The translations under genes and the position numbers were made by a program. From assembly GCA_036138175.1 (NCBI GenBank), contig JAZAAK010000039.1:1-54328 (forward strand): 54,328 nt of DNA, written 5' to 3'. A model generated the notes under the pieces. It saw only the letters and a program-made list of their open reading frames with translations, was not told the DNA's origin and did no database searches. Source of the DNA: Thermoplasmatota archaeon. Its GTDB lineage: Archaea; Thermoplasmatota; Poseidoniia; Poseidoniales; Thalassarchaeaceae. Shown one piece after another: positions 19,787-29,930 of the stretch. Each line of letters opens with the position of its first letter. Within the stretch, counting starts at the first letter, position 1.

Positions 19787-20212
19787 TTACACCATCCTCT
19801 CTGCTTCTGAACGGACTCTCTCAAACATATTCAAAAATCCATTAGCCCTACTCGGAGTCAAAGAATTGCGAATTCCCATTGCATCTGCATAGTCTGGAGA
19901 CATTTGTGCCACTACCTTCGGATTCATACCGTTTACCGCCATTGCGGTTACGGACATCAATCCCTGAACAATCTGCGCATCAGCTCCACCCCGCATGAGG
20001 AAATTACCCGATTCATCTCGACGACATTCTACGTGTGCTCTAGATTGACAGCCATGGACTTGATTTTCCTCATTCCATTGATCGGGAGGTAATGGACTTG
20101 GGTGCTTTTTTGCGTACTCAAATAGCAACTCATAGCGTTCCATCGAATCAAAGCAATCATCGAACTCCTCGACTACTGAATCGAGGTGCTCGGGCCATCG
20201 CCTCTCCGCCAT
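19787..20212 (-). CDS. sufE: SufE family sulfur acceptor
   Basis: VHGCQS, DAQIVQGL, LTPSRANG. Confidence 0.92.
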   Translation of the reverse strand: MAERRWPEHLDSVVEEFDDCFDSMERYELLFEYAKKHPSPLPPDQWNEENQVHGCQSRAHVECRRDESGNFLMRGGADAQIVQGLMSVTAMAVNGMNPKVVAQMSPDYADAMGIRNSLTPSRANGFLNMFERVRSEAERMV

Positions 20213-20264
20213 GACGCGCCCCCCCGATTGGTTCTATTCAATATGACGAGTGTATTTTCCTACC

Positions 20265-21491
20265 TCAAGCAAATCGCTCACATACATATCTCAAGTGCTC
20301 AATAAAGGACTGCGCCTCATCTAATGTGTTGTAAATCCAAAATGAGGCGCGATTTGTCGAGGGTACGCCTAATGCATCCATTAGAGGTTGAGCGCAATGA
20401 TGACCCGTTCTGACAGCGAAACCTCCGTCGTCCAATAGAATCGCTAAATCTTGAGATTGAATTGAGTCGTGTAGGAATGATACCGCCCCGCTTGAGTTAG
20501 GATGATTGGGGTCGCCAAAAATACGGATTCCTGGAATCTCAAGCATTTGGTCGGCGGTCCAAGAGGCGATATCATGTATGTGAGCATGAACCTCCCTCAT
20601 GTCGAATTGGCTTAGCCATTCTACTGCTGCTCCCCAACCAATCGCTTCAGCGATTCTAGGGGTTCCAGTCTCAAACATTGAATGACCTTCTTGGAAGGTT
20701 GTACCTTCGATTGAAACTCGTCTGATCATTGAACCACCGGTCATAAATGGGCCCATCTCAGCCATCGCATCAGGTTTAACCAAAACACAGCCGATACCGG
20801 TTGGGCCGGCCATTTTGTGGGCTGAAATGGCAATAAAATCTGCACCCATATTGTCGAAGAATATTCTCTCATGCGGTGCACCTTGAGCACAGTCAAGGAG
20901 AACACGAGCACCTACAGCTTGAGTTTTCTCAATGATCTCTTCCACGGGATTACGAATTCCTAATACATTACTAGTATGGACGACACAGACTAGTTTAGCC
21001 CCTTCAAGGGCTACTTCAAATGCTTCCATATCGAGGGTGTATGTTCTGGAGTTAATTGGCACATAACGAACTTCTACCCCCTTCTCTTTGTTGAGTTCCT
21101 GCCAAGGAACTATATCCGCATGGTGCTCCATTTCTGTAACGACAACCACATCATCTTGTTGTAGATTATATCTCGCCCAACCATAGGCAACCAAATTGAT
21201 TGCCTCAGTCGCTCCACTCGTGTAAATCATATTTTCTGGATTAGTTCCAAAGTAGCGAGAAATCTTGCTTCTGGCTTCTTCAAGCGCAGTGGTCGCCTCA
21301 TCGGCCAAGGTATGATTAGCGCGATGAGCATTGGAATTGTATTCCTCGTAATATCTAGTCATCGCGTCGATTACAACCTGAGGCTTTTGAGAGGTGGCAG
21401 CGTTGTCAAAATAGACCAATTTCTTGCCATTAGGCAAGACCCTTTCAAGGATTGGAAAATCTGCTCGAATAGCCTCTATATCTAGAGCCAT
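20265..21491 (-). CDS. sufS: Cysteine desulfurase, group II (SufS)
   Basis: YFDNAATSQKP, SAHKM (PLP Lys), RTGHHCAQP; start set at MALDIEAIR. Confidence 0.95.
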   Translation of the reverse strand: MALDIEAIRADFPILERVLPNGKKLVYFDNAATSQKPQVVIDAMTRYYEEYNSNAHRANHTLADEATTALEEARSKISRYFGTNPENMIYTSGATEAINLVAYGWARYNLQQDDVVVVTEMEHHADIVPWQELNKEKGVEVRYVPINSRTYTLDMEAFEVALEGAKLVCVVHTSNVLGIRNPVEEIIEKTQAVGARVLLDCAQGAPHERIFFDNMGADFIAISAHKMAGPTGIGCVLVKPDAMAEMGPFMTGGSMIRRVSIEGTTFQEGHSMFETGTPRIAEAIGWGAAVEWLSQFDMREVHAHIHDIASWTADQMLEIPGIRIFGDPNHPNSSGAVSFLHDSIQSQDLAILLDDGGFAVRTGHHCAQPLMDALGVPSTNRASFWIYNTLDEAQSFIEHLRYVCERFA

Positions 21492-21617
21492 GACTTGACC
21501 TCTTGGTTCCGCGATTAGATACCTCGATATCAATAGGTGGGATATAATATCTAAACAATTCAAAAAGTGCCACTAAAATGACCATCTTTATCCACGGAGA
21601 CCTACCTCGCGTAAACA

Positions 21618-22067
21618 ATGACAACAACCTCTGGACAAGATGTGGTGGATTCTCTCGGTGGACGGGACTTGAATCAAGATGGTTCTGTAATTAATTTGGC
21701 AATAGTAGGAAGTAGTCGGTTTTATGATTTTGAAGTCTTTGAAAAAGCGATTGATAATTGGCTTGAAAATAACGGATATCCAGATTTAATTATTGTCGGT
21801 GGAGCAAGTGGGGTAGATTACATGGCAGAAAGATGGGCTGACAATAGTTCAATCGAAATCGCTGTTTTTACAGAAGAATGGAGTGACCCGACCAGAAGCT
21901 TGGTTGATCAAGGGAGAGCAGAGGCTCCAAACACACTTACTGAAAAAATATTGAAAGGCGCTTCACATATTTTGGCTATGCCTTCACCGACCAGTAAATG
22001 GACAAGAATAGTAATTGATTTAGCGACCGAAAGAGGGATTTCGACCTCAGTTGTGGAAGTCGAATGA
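21618..22067 (+). CDS. SLOG family protein (YspA/DUF2493-like)
   Basis: LAIVGSSRF.D...IIVGGASGVDYMAERWA. Confidence 0.75.
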   Translation: MTTTSGQDVVDSLGGRDLNQDGSVINLAIVGSSRFYDFEVFEKAIDNWLENNGYPDLIIVGGASGVDYMAERWADNSSIEIAVFTEEWSDPTRSLVDQGRAEAPNTLTEKILKGASHILAMPSPTSKWTRIVIDLATERGISTSVVEVE

Positions 22068-22106
22068 TACTATTCTGTTGAAGTATGGATAGCCCCTCGC
22101 GTCAAC

Positions 22107-22604
22107 ATGGCGAAATTCCTGATGATTACAGCAACCTCCGGCACCAACCTAGAATTGGCGGAAAGATTTGCTAATGTTGCCAAAGACAAAGGGCATGAGG
22201 CAGACATAGTTGATTTGGCTGAAATGGACTTACCTATGTTTACAGTTGCACGTTCATCTGACCCTGAGCAATCTCCAGATGTTTCAAAATTAACCCAGCA
22301 AATGATTGCTGCCGATGCTTGGATTGTTTTTGCCCCAGAATACAATGGGTCTTTTCCACCAACACTGAACAATGCAATCGCTTGGCTTTCTCGCGATTGG
22401 CAGAACTTTCGAAAGATGTGCACAGGTACCCCAGTAGGTCTTGCTACTCACAGCGGTGGTGGCGGTGCTCATGTAATCATGGCAATGCGTAGTATGTTCT
22501 CCTTCTTGGGAGCTGATGTAATGGGTAGAGCATTGACCTCCGGGCGAAATAAAGAAGCAAATCCTGAAACTATCGATGCAATGCTCGACAACCTAGCTCG
22601 ATGA
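22107..22604 (+). CDS. NADPH-dependent FMN reductase family
   Basis: APEYNGSFPPTLNNAIAWLSR, SGGGG flavodoxin-like motifs. Confidence 0.9.
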   Translation: MAKFLMITATSGTNLELAERFANVAKDKGHEADIVDLAEMDLPMFTVARSSDPEQSPDVSKLTQQMIAADAWIVFAPEYNGSFPPTLNNAIAWLSRDWQNFRKMCTGTPVGLATHSGGGGAHVIMAMRSMFSFLGADVMGRALTSGRNKEANPETIDAMLDNLAR

Positions 22605-22627
22605 ATTATCGCTTGCATGAGATAATC

Positions 22628-22705
22628 TGGTGCTCCTGCCGGGATTTGAACCCGGGTCGCCGGGATGAAAACCCGGAATGATGGACCGTGCTACACCACA
22701 GGAGC
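22628..22705 (-). tRNA. tRNA-Glu(TTC)
   Basis: Reverse complement GCTCCTGTGGTGTAG...CCGGG-TT-TTC-AT-CCCGG...CAGGAGCACCA. Confidence 0.96.
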
Positions 22706-22751
22706 GGTGGCCGTCCGAGATACAACTCACAAATAATCGAATTGGTTACAA

Positions 22752-23363
22752 TCATTCTTCTTCATCGAGTAGACCTTTCCACCAGCGAGCAGCAGGAATT
22801 ACAACAATTAGCCCAATAATTGAGACTATGCTGAAGGTTATCGCACCCTCAATACCGGTCATTGAAGACTTCATTGACTCCCCATAAATCCCCAATAATG
22901 CACCAGGAATGCCAAATCTAAGCCCTCTTCCAACAATTCCTGCTGCAACAAATAGTCGTAAGTCCATTCTCCCGGCTCCTGCTATCCAGGCTAGAGCCTT
23001 GTATGGAATTGGAGAGACCGCTGCGATGAATATTCCAGCAGAACCATATCTATCAACGAGTACATTCAATCTTGCAATAGTTGATCGAGACACAAATCTC
23101 TCTAGTAGCCAACCTCCGCCATACATACCAATTGCGTATCCTGCAAGAGCGCCAAGAACACTTGATAGCGTTGCAATTAGGACTACGGTGGCTATTACGA
23201 GTCCGCTATCTGCTTCCAGAATCATGTTCCAAACTAAAGGATCTGGGGGAATTGGTTGTAACGCCGCCTCAGTGGAAGTTAGAATTGCCAAACCGAGGTA
23301 TCCAAGGCCATCTGCCCACTCAATTGCAGATTCGACAAGCCCCTCAGGTAGGATCTCCATCAA
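22752..23363 (-). CDS. DedA/YqaA (VTT domain) membrane protein
   Basis: EAALQPIPPD, SVLGALAGYAIG, SPIPYK, GRGLRF. Confidence 0.9.
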   Translation of the reverse strand: MMEILPEGLVESAIEWADGLGYLGLAILTSTEAALQPIPPDPLVWNMILEADSGLVIATVVLIATLSSVLGALAGYAIGMYGGGWLLERFVSRSTIARLNVLVDRYGSAGIFIAAVSPIPYKALAWIAGAGRMDLRLFVAAGIVGRGLRFGIPGALLGIYGESMKSSMTGIEGAITFSIVSIIGLIVVIPAARWWKGLLDEEE

Positions 23364-23462
23364 AACAAGCCCCTAACCGATTCCGGATGAAGGTTGCCGC
23401 CTGTTGTCGATACACAACAACTCTACCCCACCCCTGATAGGTTGTGCCGTCTACCCATTAGC

Positions 23463-23960
23463 ATGGCCAAGGCGCGTGTGCTTGACACTGCCGCCTTGAT
23501 AGCATGGCCAATCACTGAATTATCTGGTGGGCTAATAGTTCGCCATCAAGAAGAAGAATTACTGCGAATATCCCCAGATAGAGCAGCATTATTGGATAGT
23601 ATGGGGTTATTATTTTGTCAACCAAATCAAGATTCTATAGATTCGACAGTAGATGCAGCGAAACAAAGTGGAGATATCAGTGGAATTTCTGAAACTGATC
23701 TTGCTTTGGTCTCGCTCGCATTAGAAAGATCGGCTCTACTCATTACTGATGATTACCGAATGCAAAATATCGCAAGTTTCCTTGACATAGAATGGCAAGG
23801 AGTGAGTGAAGTGGGGATTAGAGAGGTTTGGTCTTGGACCTTGGTTTGCAGTGGCTGTAAAAGAGAATATGACGCCCCAGAATCAACCAATGCAAAACAG
23901 AAAAATTACGGCGGATGCCACGACTGTGGTGCAGAACTTAGATTGAAGAGAAAGAAATGA
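23463..23960 (+). CDS. nob1: NOB1 family endoribonuclease (PIN domain + Zn ribbon)
   Basis: VLDTAA, SETD, TDDYRMQN, CSGC...CHDCG; start set at MAKARV. Confidence 0.88.
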   Translation: MAKARVLDTAALIAWPITELSGGLIVRHQEEELLRISPDRAALLDSMGLLFCQPNQDSIDSTVDAAKQSGDISGISETDLALVSLALERSALLITDDYRMQNIASFLDIEWQGVSEVGIREVWSWTLVCSGCKREYDAPESTNAKQKNYGGCHDCGAELRLKRKK

Positions 23961-23967
23961 AACGGAA

Positions 23968-24174
23968 TTACTCATTTTCGTTAGCAACATCGTCACTAAC
24001 GCCGCCTCGGTCCATGTCTATCTCAGCACTAGAAGGAGAAGTGACATCTGAGACCCCAGCGTGGAATTCACCCTTGGCTCTACCCAAATTTCTAGCCAGT
24101 TCAGGGATTCTTTTGGCACCAAAAAGGAATATGGCCAATATCCCGATGATAATTAATTCGGTGCTTCCAATCAT
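23968..24174 (-). CDS. tatA: Twin-arginine translocase TatA/E subunit
   Basis: GSTELIII...LFGAKRIPELARNLGRAKGEF; start set at MIGS. Confidence 0.93.
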   Translation of the reverse strand: MIGSTELIIIGILAIFLFGAKRIPELARNLGRAKGEFHAGVSDVTSPSSAEIDMDRGGVSDDVANENE

Positions 24175-24250
24175 CTTTCTCAACCACCGGGTGCGGTAGC
24201 CCTCTCTCAAAGTCTTCGGCAAAGAATACAGTATTTTGTCGGTTTTTTAG

Positions 24251-24508
24251 TCAACCACCGGAAACCGGAGGCAAGAATGCAATTTCTGACGCATCGGACA
24301 GACTTTCGTCTAAATCCGCTCCTAACACACCATCAATCGCAACTCTAAGTCCGGAATCTAGCATCGGAGTCAACCGAAATCTATCGATTAAATCTCTAGC
24401 ACTAGAACCCTGTAGTAAGGCAACCTCGATTTCTCGCTGACCCATGGATTCTGCTAGGGGCCCAAAAAATAGCATTTTGACCTTGATTGCTAGGTCGCCC
24501 TCTTCCAT
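24251..24508 (-). CDS. MoaD/ThiS family ubiquitin-like protein (SAMP1-like)
   Basis: Beta-grasp size; ends EIAFLPPVSGG. Confidence 0.9.
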   Translation of the reverse strand: MEEGDLAIKVKMLFFGPLAESMGQREIEVALLQGSSARDLIDRFRLTPMLDSGLRVAIDGVLGADLDESLSDASEIAFLPPVSGG

Positions 24509-24591
24509 ATGTCAGGCCGGAGGTAAGTATGCAATATATCCAACCCATCGCCGCGTAGAATCTAAACACCTTGCTTGATGTAAGGCAGATT

Positions 24592-25266
24592 ATGAAGGAA
24601 GTCAAGGCTGTGGCATTCGATTGTGATGGGGTATTAGCTGCAAATGATTCATCATGGCAGAATATTCACGATTATTTTGGAACGCAAAACAAACAGATGC
24701 TCGCTAAATTCATCCGTAAAGAAGTAACAGAAGAGGAATTTGTTCTTGACGATATCCGCCTCTGGAGAGAAGTCCAACCTGAAATACACAGAGATGATAT
24801 CATGAGATGCTACTCGGGAATCAAGTTGATGCCCGGAGCAAGGGAAGTTGTGGAAGAATTACAGAATCGGGGGGTTTTGGTTGCCATTGTCTCTTCAGGC
24901 GTAGACCTACTTATCGGCTCGATTGCAAATATGCTCAAGGTTGATGATTGGGCTGCAAATGGATTTGAATGGGATGAAGAAGGTTGGTTGATCGGTTCGA
25001 AGCCTACTGTAGTTCAATCGCATGATAAAGGGATTACTGTAGAAAAATTTGCAAGAATTAATTCCATTGACCCAGAAAATATCGTTTCGGTTGGAGATTC
25101 AGGACCCGACCTTTCAATGATGATTCCTGGTTCTAGATTCATAGGATTTAATCCCGCTCCAAACAGGGGCGCAGAAGATTTTGTCAAGGCAGGAGTTCCT
25201 ATCGTTGAAGGCCAAGATCTGAGAAACATTTGGCAGCCCATGTTTGGTGAGTCTTTTCCAGAATGA
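24592..25266 (+). CDS. HAD-IB phosphatase, phosphoserine phosphatase-like
   Basis: FDCDGVL motif I, IVSSG motif II, K, VGDSGPD motif IV; start uncertain (24571 or 24592). Confidence 0.85.
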   Translation: MKEVKAVAFDCDGVLAANDSSWQNIHDYFGTQNKQMLAKFIRKEVTEEEFVLDDIRLWREVQPEIHRDDIMRCYSGIKLMPGAREVVEELQNRGVLVAIVSSGVDLLIGSIANMLKVDDWAANGFEWDEEGWLIGSKPTVVQSHDKGITVEKFARINSIDPENIVSVGDSGPDLSMMIPGSRFIGFNPAPNRGAEDFVKAGVPIVEGQDLRNIWQPMFGESFPE

Positions 25267-25269
25267 AGG

Positions 25270-26904
25270 TCAGGCAAATGGTATGCTAGCCGATTCATGG
25301 GTATGCAGATTTATGACGGTCAAGATGCATGGTTTTGGTTGGAAACCCAACATCCTTTGGTAATCGGTTTGGTCTTGCCAAGTCGATGAGTGAACAATTG
25401 TCGTACCCTTATGATTGCCAACATAATGTCCATGGACGTGGCCTGTGACAAAAATGTCCGGAGTTTGCTGAATTACCATCCTATCCTCTGGTTCTGGCGA
25501 TAGAGGGGTTTTTCCACCCCAAGATGGAGCAAGATGTCTTCTTTCTAACATAGCTCTCATCGCCATTTCTGGTTTCGAATAGGTAACAGAACGTAGGCCT
25601 GCGACAAAGTCATCGATACTTTTGCCATGATAAGACAAAATCCTAACTCCGTGCAGACTAAATTCGCACGGATTGCCAACAAATACTGCATTTGAGTAGT
25701 CCTGTTGTACTTCTGGGTCTAGCGCTGGTTGAGGTTCAGCGGGACGAACTGCATCGTGATTTCCAGGTAAAATCACCACATCTACCCAATCTGGAAGACC
25801 CTCGAGAAGTCGGGCAAGTTCTCCATATTGTGCAAATAGGTCTGTAATTGCTAGGTGTCTTTCTTGACCGGGATAAATTCCAACTCCATCTACCCCATCT
25901 CCGCTGAGGACGAAATATTTCACAGTCCGAGCTAATGGATCTGAATTGAACCACTGAATCATCTTCTCCCACTGAGGCGCTAAGAAAGTCTTGGAACCGA
26001 CGTGGACATCGGAAAGGAAGGCGGCGGAAACCGCTTGATCTTCTCCCGCTGTGGCCTTTGAATGCTGCCTCATAGGGGGGAGATGGATATTGCTTACCAT
26101 GAATAGAGGGCTTCTTTCTCCAAGAAGGAAATGGCCGCTGATTCCAACTACATCATCATTCATCAGTCCATCCAAAGCAGGGTGAAGTGGATCTGCTCCA
26201 GATGGTGGACGAAGAGAACACTGAATGTTTTGAGTCTCGTCCTCAAAAGCAAAACTCAAGTTTCCTGCACGAGTGAAGCGCGATTCAGATGCTAGGCCAA
26301 CTAGAGTAATCTCGTAATCTTTTGATGTGTGTCTTTGTCTATTTCTCCATGCTTCAGCAATACTAACAGGTCTACGAGGTAGCGCCCCTCCTGAAATCAA
26401 TTGATTACGGATTTGCTTCAACCTATCGCCAAAAAATGATTGGATATCAGTCATTTTTCCTTCAGTTCTAGAAGAGCCAGTAATATCGAAATGTATCTCA
26501 ATCTCAGAATCAATTTCTGAAGCCTGCATAGGGAAATCTTGCATCCGATAATGGTCCAACCCATGAGGCCTAGGTGCAGGTGAGGGCTCATTCGTAGTGA
26601 TTGGTGCGATTATCCTTCCAATAGCCTGGCCAGTTTCCGGTCTTGCCAAAGTTGCCTGCAATGTTTGTGAATTACTTTGTATTACTGGTTCTTCTTCGGT
26701 GAGGGTTTCCTCTGTAGGCACTATTGTTAGTAATTCGTCTATACTTTGACTTGTTAACAATCGAGTATTACTCACGTTTGCTGCTTCAATCAAAGGAGAG
26801 AGATTGGTTAACTCCTCAATTTTTTTTTGAGCATCTCTGCCCATCACAATGAGACCTGCGGCAGCGAGGGCTCGACTCTTTTCAGTCCAAGACTCAGCCG
26901 CCAT
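25270..26904 (-). CDS. polB: DNA polymerase II (PolD) small subunit DP1
   Basis: OB domain plus calcineurin-like SDVHVGS, GDGVDG, PGNHD, YHGKS, RRHLAP, GHVH. Confidence 0.96.
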   Translation of the reverse strand: MAAESWTEKSRALAAAGLIVMGRDAQKKIEELTNLSPLIEAANVSNTRLLTSQSIDELLTIVPTEETLTEEEPVIQSNSQTLQATLARPETGQAIGRIIAPITTNEPSPAPRPHGLDHYRMQDFPMQASEIDSEIEIHFDITGSSRTEGKMTDIQSFFGDRLKQIRNQLISGGALPRRPVSIAEAWRNRQRHTSKDYEITLVGLASESRFTRAGNLSFAFEDETQNIQCSLRPPSGADPLHPALDGLMNDDVVGISGHFLLGERSPLFMVSNIHLPPMRQHSKATAGEDQAVSAAFLSDVHVGSKTFLAPQWEKMIQWFNSDPLARTVKYFVLSGDGVDGVGIYPGQERHLAITDLFAQYGELARLLEGLPDWVDVVILPGNHDAVRPAEPQPALDPEVQQDYSNAVFVGNPCEFSLHGVRILSYHGKSIDDFVAGLRSVTYSKPEMAMRAMLERRHLAPSWGGKTPLSPEPEDRMVIQQTPDIFVTGHVHGHYVGNHKGTTIVHSSTWQDQTDYQRMLGFQPKPCILTVINLHTHESASIPFA

Positions 26905-26976
26905 ATGTCAGAGGACACACAGGACCGCTCATGATGATATCGCCTAGTGCGGCTCGCAGAGCCGAATAATGGAATC

Positions 26977-27663
26977 TTACTCATCCCAATCTGTCAGGGA
27001 TGCTAAATCCACCTTCTGAATCTCATCCGCAACAGTCTCTGTTTCCCAATCTGCCCAGGACAGATTACCTTGCCATTGCTCTGATTTAGGATCCATTGAT
27101 TCAGGCTCTTGCTCTTCGCCGCCTTCAACACGACTTTCGACGGCGGCGATACGTTCTTCTTCTTCTACAACTCGATCTAGAAGTTCAAGAGAAAGTCTCA
27201 GAGCAAATGATACGAAGGACTTCTTGTTATCTAAGCGGTCATTTTCCCCGAAGTCTCTTCTACGAACAATGAATTGGTCTCCGGCGGTTACAGCAACGTG
27301 GACAAGTCCTACTTCTTTGCTAGGTGTTGCTCCGCCAGGTCCAGCGATGCCCGTGATAGCAATTGATACCTCGGAATCAGATCGATAGCGTGCCCCTCGA
27401 GCCATTTGTAATGCGACTTGGTGAGATACTGCTCCGGCTTCTCCTTGATCAAATGCGGATTTTTCCACACCAAGTTCTCGCATTTTTGCTTCATTATTGT
27501 ATACTACCCAACCTTGGTCAAACCAGTTGGTTGCACCGGATATATCAGTGAAGGTTGAGGCCAGCAAACCTCCGGTACAAGATTCGGCTATAGCTATGCT
27601 CCAACCTCTCTTGCGAAGTCTTCGGCTCAACCTCGAGGCGAGCGCTGCAGTCTCTTCGACCAC
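26977..27663 (-). CDS. CinA C-terminal / PncC nicotinamide-nucleotide amidohydrolase family, with acidic tail
   Basis: AESCTGG, ITGIAGPGG, VGLVHVAV. Confidence 0.9.
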   Translation of the reverse strand: MVEETAALASRLSRRLRKRGWSIAIAESCTGGLLASTFTDISGATNWFDQGWVVYNNEAKMRELGVEKSAFDQGEAGAVSHQVALQMARGARYRSDSEVSIAITGIAGPGGATPSKEVGLVHVAVTAGDQFIVRRRDFGENDRLDNKKSFVSFALRLSLELLDRVVEEEERIAAVESRVEGGEEQEPESMDPKSEQWQGNLSWADWETETVADEIQKVDLASLTDWDE

Positions 27664-27720
27664 GTCCCTTCGCTCGCATCGTCCTTCTTGACTCTTTCAC
27701 AAGCGGAAAAGACAGTATTT

Positions 27721-27796
27721 TGGTGGGCCCGACCGGAATTGAACCGGTGATCTTCGCTTTGTAAGAGCGACGTCATAACCCCTAGACCACGGGCCC
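27721..27796 (-). tRNA. tRNA-Val(TAC)
   Basis: Reverse complement GGGCCCGTGGTCTAG...TCGCT-CT-TAC-AA-AGCGA...CGGGCCCACCA. Confidence 0.97.
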
Positions 27797-27864
27797 TTAG
27801 TGAGAGTGCGGACGCAATGCGTTCAAATGATTGGTGGTGCAATAATCTGAGTAAAGGTGAACCT

Positions 27865-28857
27865 ATGAAGCCCTTAGAAGACCTTTTGGAGAGGTTACGG
27901 AAAAGTGGCATTCCTATGGAAGATGAGGCCGCTGAAGCCATGCAGCACGTCTTCATTGGGTCCTTTACAGACTTCGAATTAGATGCATTCTGGCACGATA
28001 GACCAGTACCCTTCCTAATTACTCAGAATGACGCTGCGAAAACCATCTCGGCGCCTCACATGATTGCGACTCTTCTTCACCATCTTGAGTTGCGTGTTGG
28101 TCAACATGTCTTATTGATAGGAGCCAAAGGCGGATATCTAGCGGCCTTAATTGACCACATCATTGGAAATGATGGAATGGTAACTGTTCTCGAACCTCAT
28201 CCCGAGGTTCTATACCATACAGAAGAAAGGTTAGAATTTCATGAATCAAAAGGAATGATTCGAGTACTACCCGTTCACTCCTTAGAGGATAATGATGAGA
28301 TATCTAGAGGTGTTGACCGAGTATTAATCACCGGCGCGGTGCGAGAAATCCCTCTTACTGTGGCAGGTATGGTAGAAGAGGGAGGATTTGTTTTGGGGCC
28401 ATTTGGTGGGCCCATTCAACAAACCTTGCTGAAAAGAGAAAGACAGGGTGAAGATTGGTTAGACACAGAACTAGGAAATGTTGTCTTTGGGCCAATGGAC
28501 CTTTCTGAGGCCGAACGTGACCCACTCGACCCACAAGCATTAGCAGACCATATCGAAGATGCTCTGAACATAATTGTTGAATTGGTTGAAATCGATAGTG
28601 AAACCATCGAAAGAATCGAAGAATTAGTGGAATCACTACGTGGTATGCCTTCAGACATACCGCCCTTAGATGAGGATGCGACCGAAGATGAGTTAGTCGA
28701 GCATCCCGTGTTTGAATTACTAATGGCAGAGATGGAGTGGCTACAACCTATGTGGCCTCTCTTTGGACAATTACTTGCAATTGATATCGACTCTCCAGCC
28801 GATTACGACGATGATGAACCCCCAATGGTCGGCGGCCATGAAGACCTAGTTCCATGA
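27865..28857 (+). CDS. Protein-L-isoaspartate O-methyltransferase-like protein with acidic C-terminal extension
   Basis: TISAPHMIA, LLIGAKGGY (divergent motif I), DRVLITGA, GGFVLGP; AGGTGA RBS before the ATG at 27865. Confidence 0.8.
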   Translation: MKPLEDLLERLRKSGIPMEDEAAEAMQHVFIGSFTDFELDAFWHDRPVPFLITQNDAAKTISAPHMIATLLHHLELRVGQHVLLIGAKGGYLAALIDHIIGNDGMVTVLEPHPEVLYHTEERLEFHESKGMIRVLPVHSLEDNDEISRGVDRVLITGAVREIPLTVAGMVEEGGFVLGPFGGPIQQTLLKRERQGEDWLDTELGNVVFGPMDLSEAERDPLDPQALADHIEDALNIIVELVEIDSETIERIEELVESLRGMPSDIPPLDEDATEDELVEHPVFELLMAEMEWLQPMWPLFGQLLAIDIDSPADYDDDEPPMVGGHEDLVP

Positions 28858-28898
28858 GCCAATACCGGTGCTAATTTCCGGTTCGTGAGTGCGTAGTG

Positions 28899-28904
28899 TT
28901 CATG
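28899..28904 (+). promoter_or_regulatory. Putative TATA-position element TTCATG (representative of a recurrent motif)
   Basis: First T is 30 nt before the ATG at 28929; the same motif at the same distance precedes many genes (see findings). Confidence 0.55.
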
Positions 28905-28928
28905 CCATGCTTTTGATTCGCAGACAGT

Positions 28929-29924
28929 ATGAGTGTAAGGCCTGCCTTGGCCAAGTTGAACCACAGCGATGTGAGGCAGCGTCGAAGAGCGGTCAGACAT
29001 CTCTTCGAATTAAATGACCCAGAGGCATTGGAGGGTTTTGAAAAACTACTTGCAGATCCTGACCCTTGGTTCAGGGAAAAGGCCCTTGAAGCAATAGAAA
29101 AGTGGGCCGCTAGCAAAGATTTGGCCCTGATTGAAAAACTATCTAAATCAGGAGAGAACTCTAGAAGATTGTTAGCAGCAAGAATTGCGATAAGAGCCGA
29201 TGGAGCAGGGCGAGCAATACTTGAAACACTTTCATCCGATGATGAAGCAAATATCAGATTGGCTGCTTGGAAGGCCAGGATAAGTATTGATGAAAACTCG
29301 ATTTCAGAAGCCTTGATTGTCGAGGATAGAGCGGTAAGAAGAGCAGTTGCAGAACGAGTATCTACTTTGGAAACTGTTGATTCTAACATTATTTTGCAAC
29401 TATTGAATGATAATTCAGAAACAGTCAGAGCCTCTGCGATTGGAATAATTGAAGCGGATTCTGCAACTCTAAACGAAGAAATTGAAAATCGACTAAACGT
29501 ACTTATCTCCGAATCAAGCGGTGAAGTAAAGGCTCGAATTGCTAGCATTCTTCTAGCATCATCACCAAATCAAATAGATTCATGGATTGAAGATTCTAAC
29601 ACCGCTTTCGTAAATCGCTTCTCGAGAAGCTTGCGAGATACAGATTGGGCATCTGTAGAGGGATTACCTGAGATGCTAAAATCCAATGCCTCAGAGATCT
29701 TATTGATTCGATTATTACGTGGAGAAAGAAGTGATTCAGGGTCGATTCTACGGAACGACCTGTTGATGGATGAATCGCGCTCAGAAGAAATGCGTTCGCA
29801 ACTAATCGAGGATTTGATTGGGAGACCTATTTCTGAATCAACGCTTTCTTTGGTGAAGGAACTAACTAAATCCGATTTAGAGCTAATTTCATCTTCAGCA
29901 AGAAATCTTCTAGCTGAGCAATAA
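28929..29924 (+). CDS. HEAT-repeat protein
   Basis: Repeated LL.D.D..(V/F)R..A..A helical units. Confidence 0.8.
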   Translation: MSVRPALAKLNHSDVRQRRRAVRHLFELNDPEALEGFEKLLADPDPWFREKALEAIEKWAASKDLALIEKLSKSGENSRRLLAARIAIRADGAGRAILETLSSDDEANIRLAAWKARISIDENSISEALIVEDRAVRRAVAERVSTLETVDSNIILQLLNDNSETVRASAIGIIEADSATLNEEIENRLNVLISESSGEVKARIASILLASSPNQIDSWIEDSNTAFVNRFSRSLRDTDWASVEGLPEMLKSNASEILLIRLLRGERSDSGSILRNDLLMDESRSEEMRSQLIEDLIGRPISESTLSLVKELTKSDLELISSSARNLLAEQ

Positions 29925-29930
29925 GTGCAA

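Noticed and set aside
28871-29548. 225-aa minus-strand ORF
   Set aside because: Antisense shadow of the HEAT-repeat gene.
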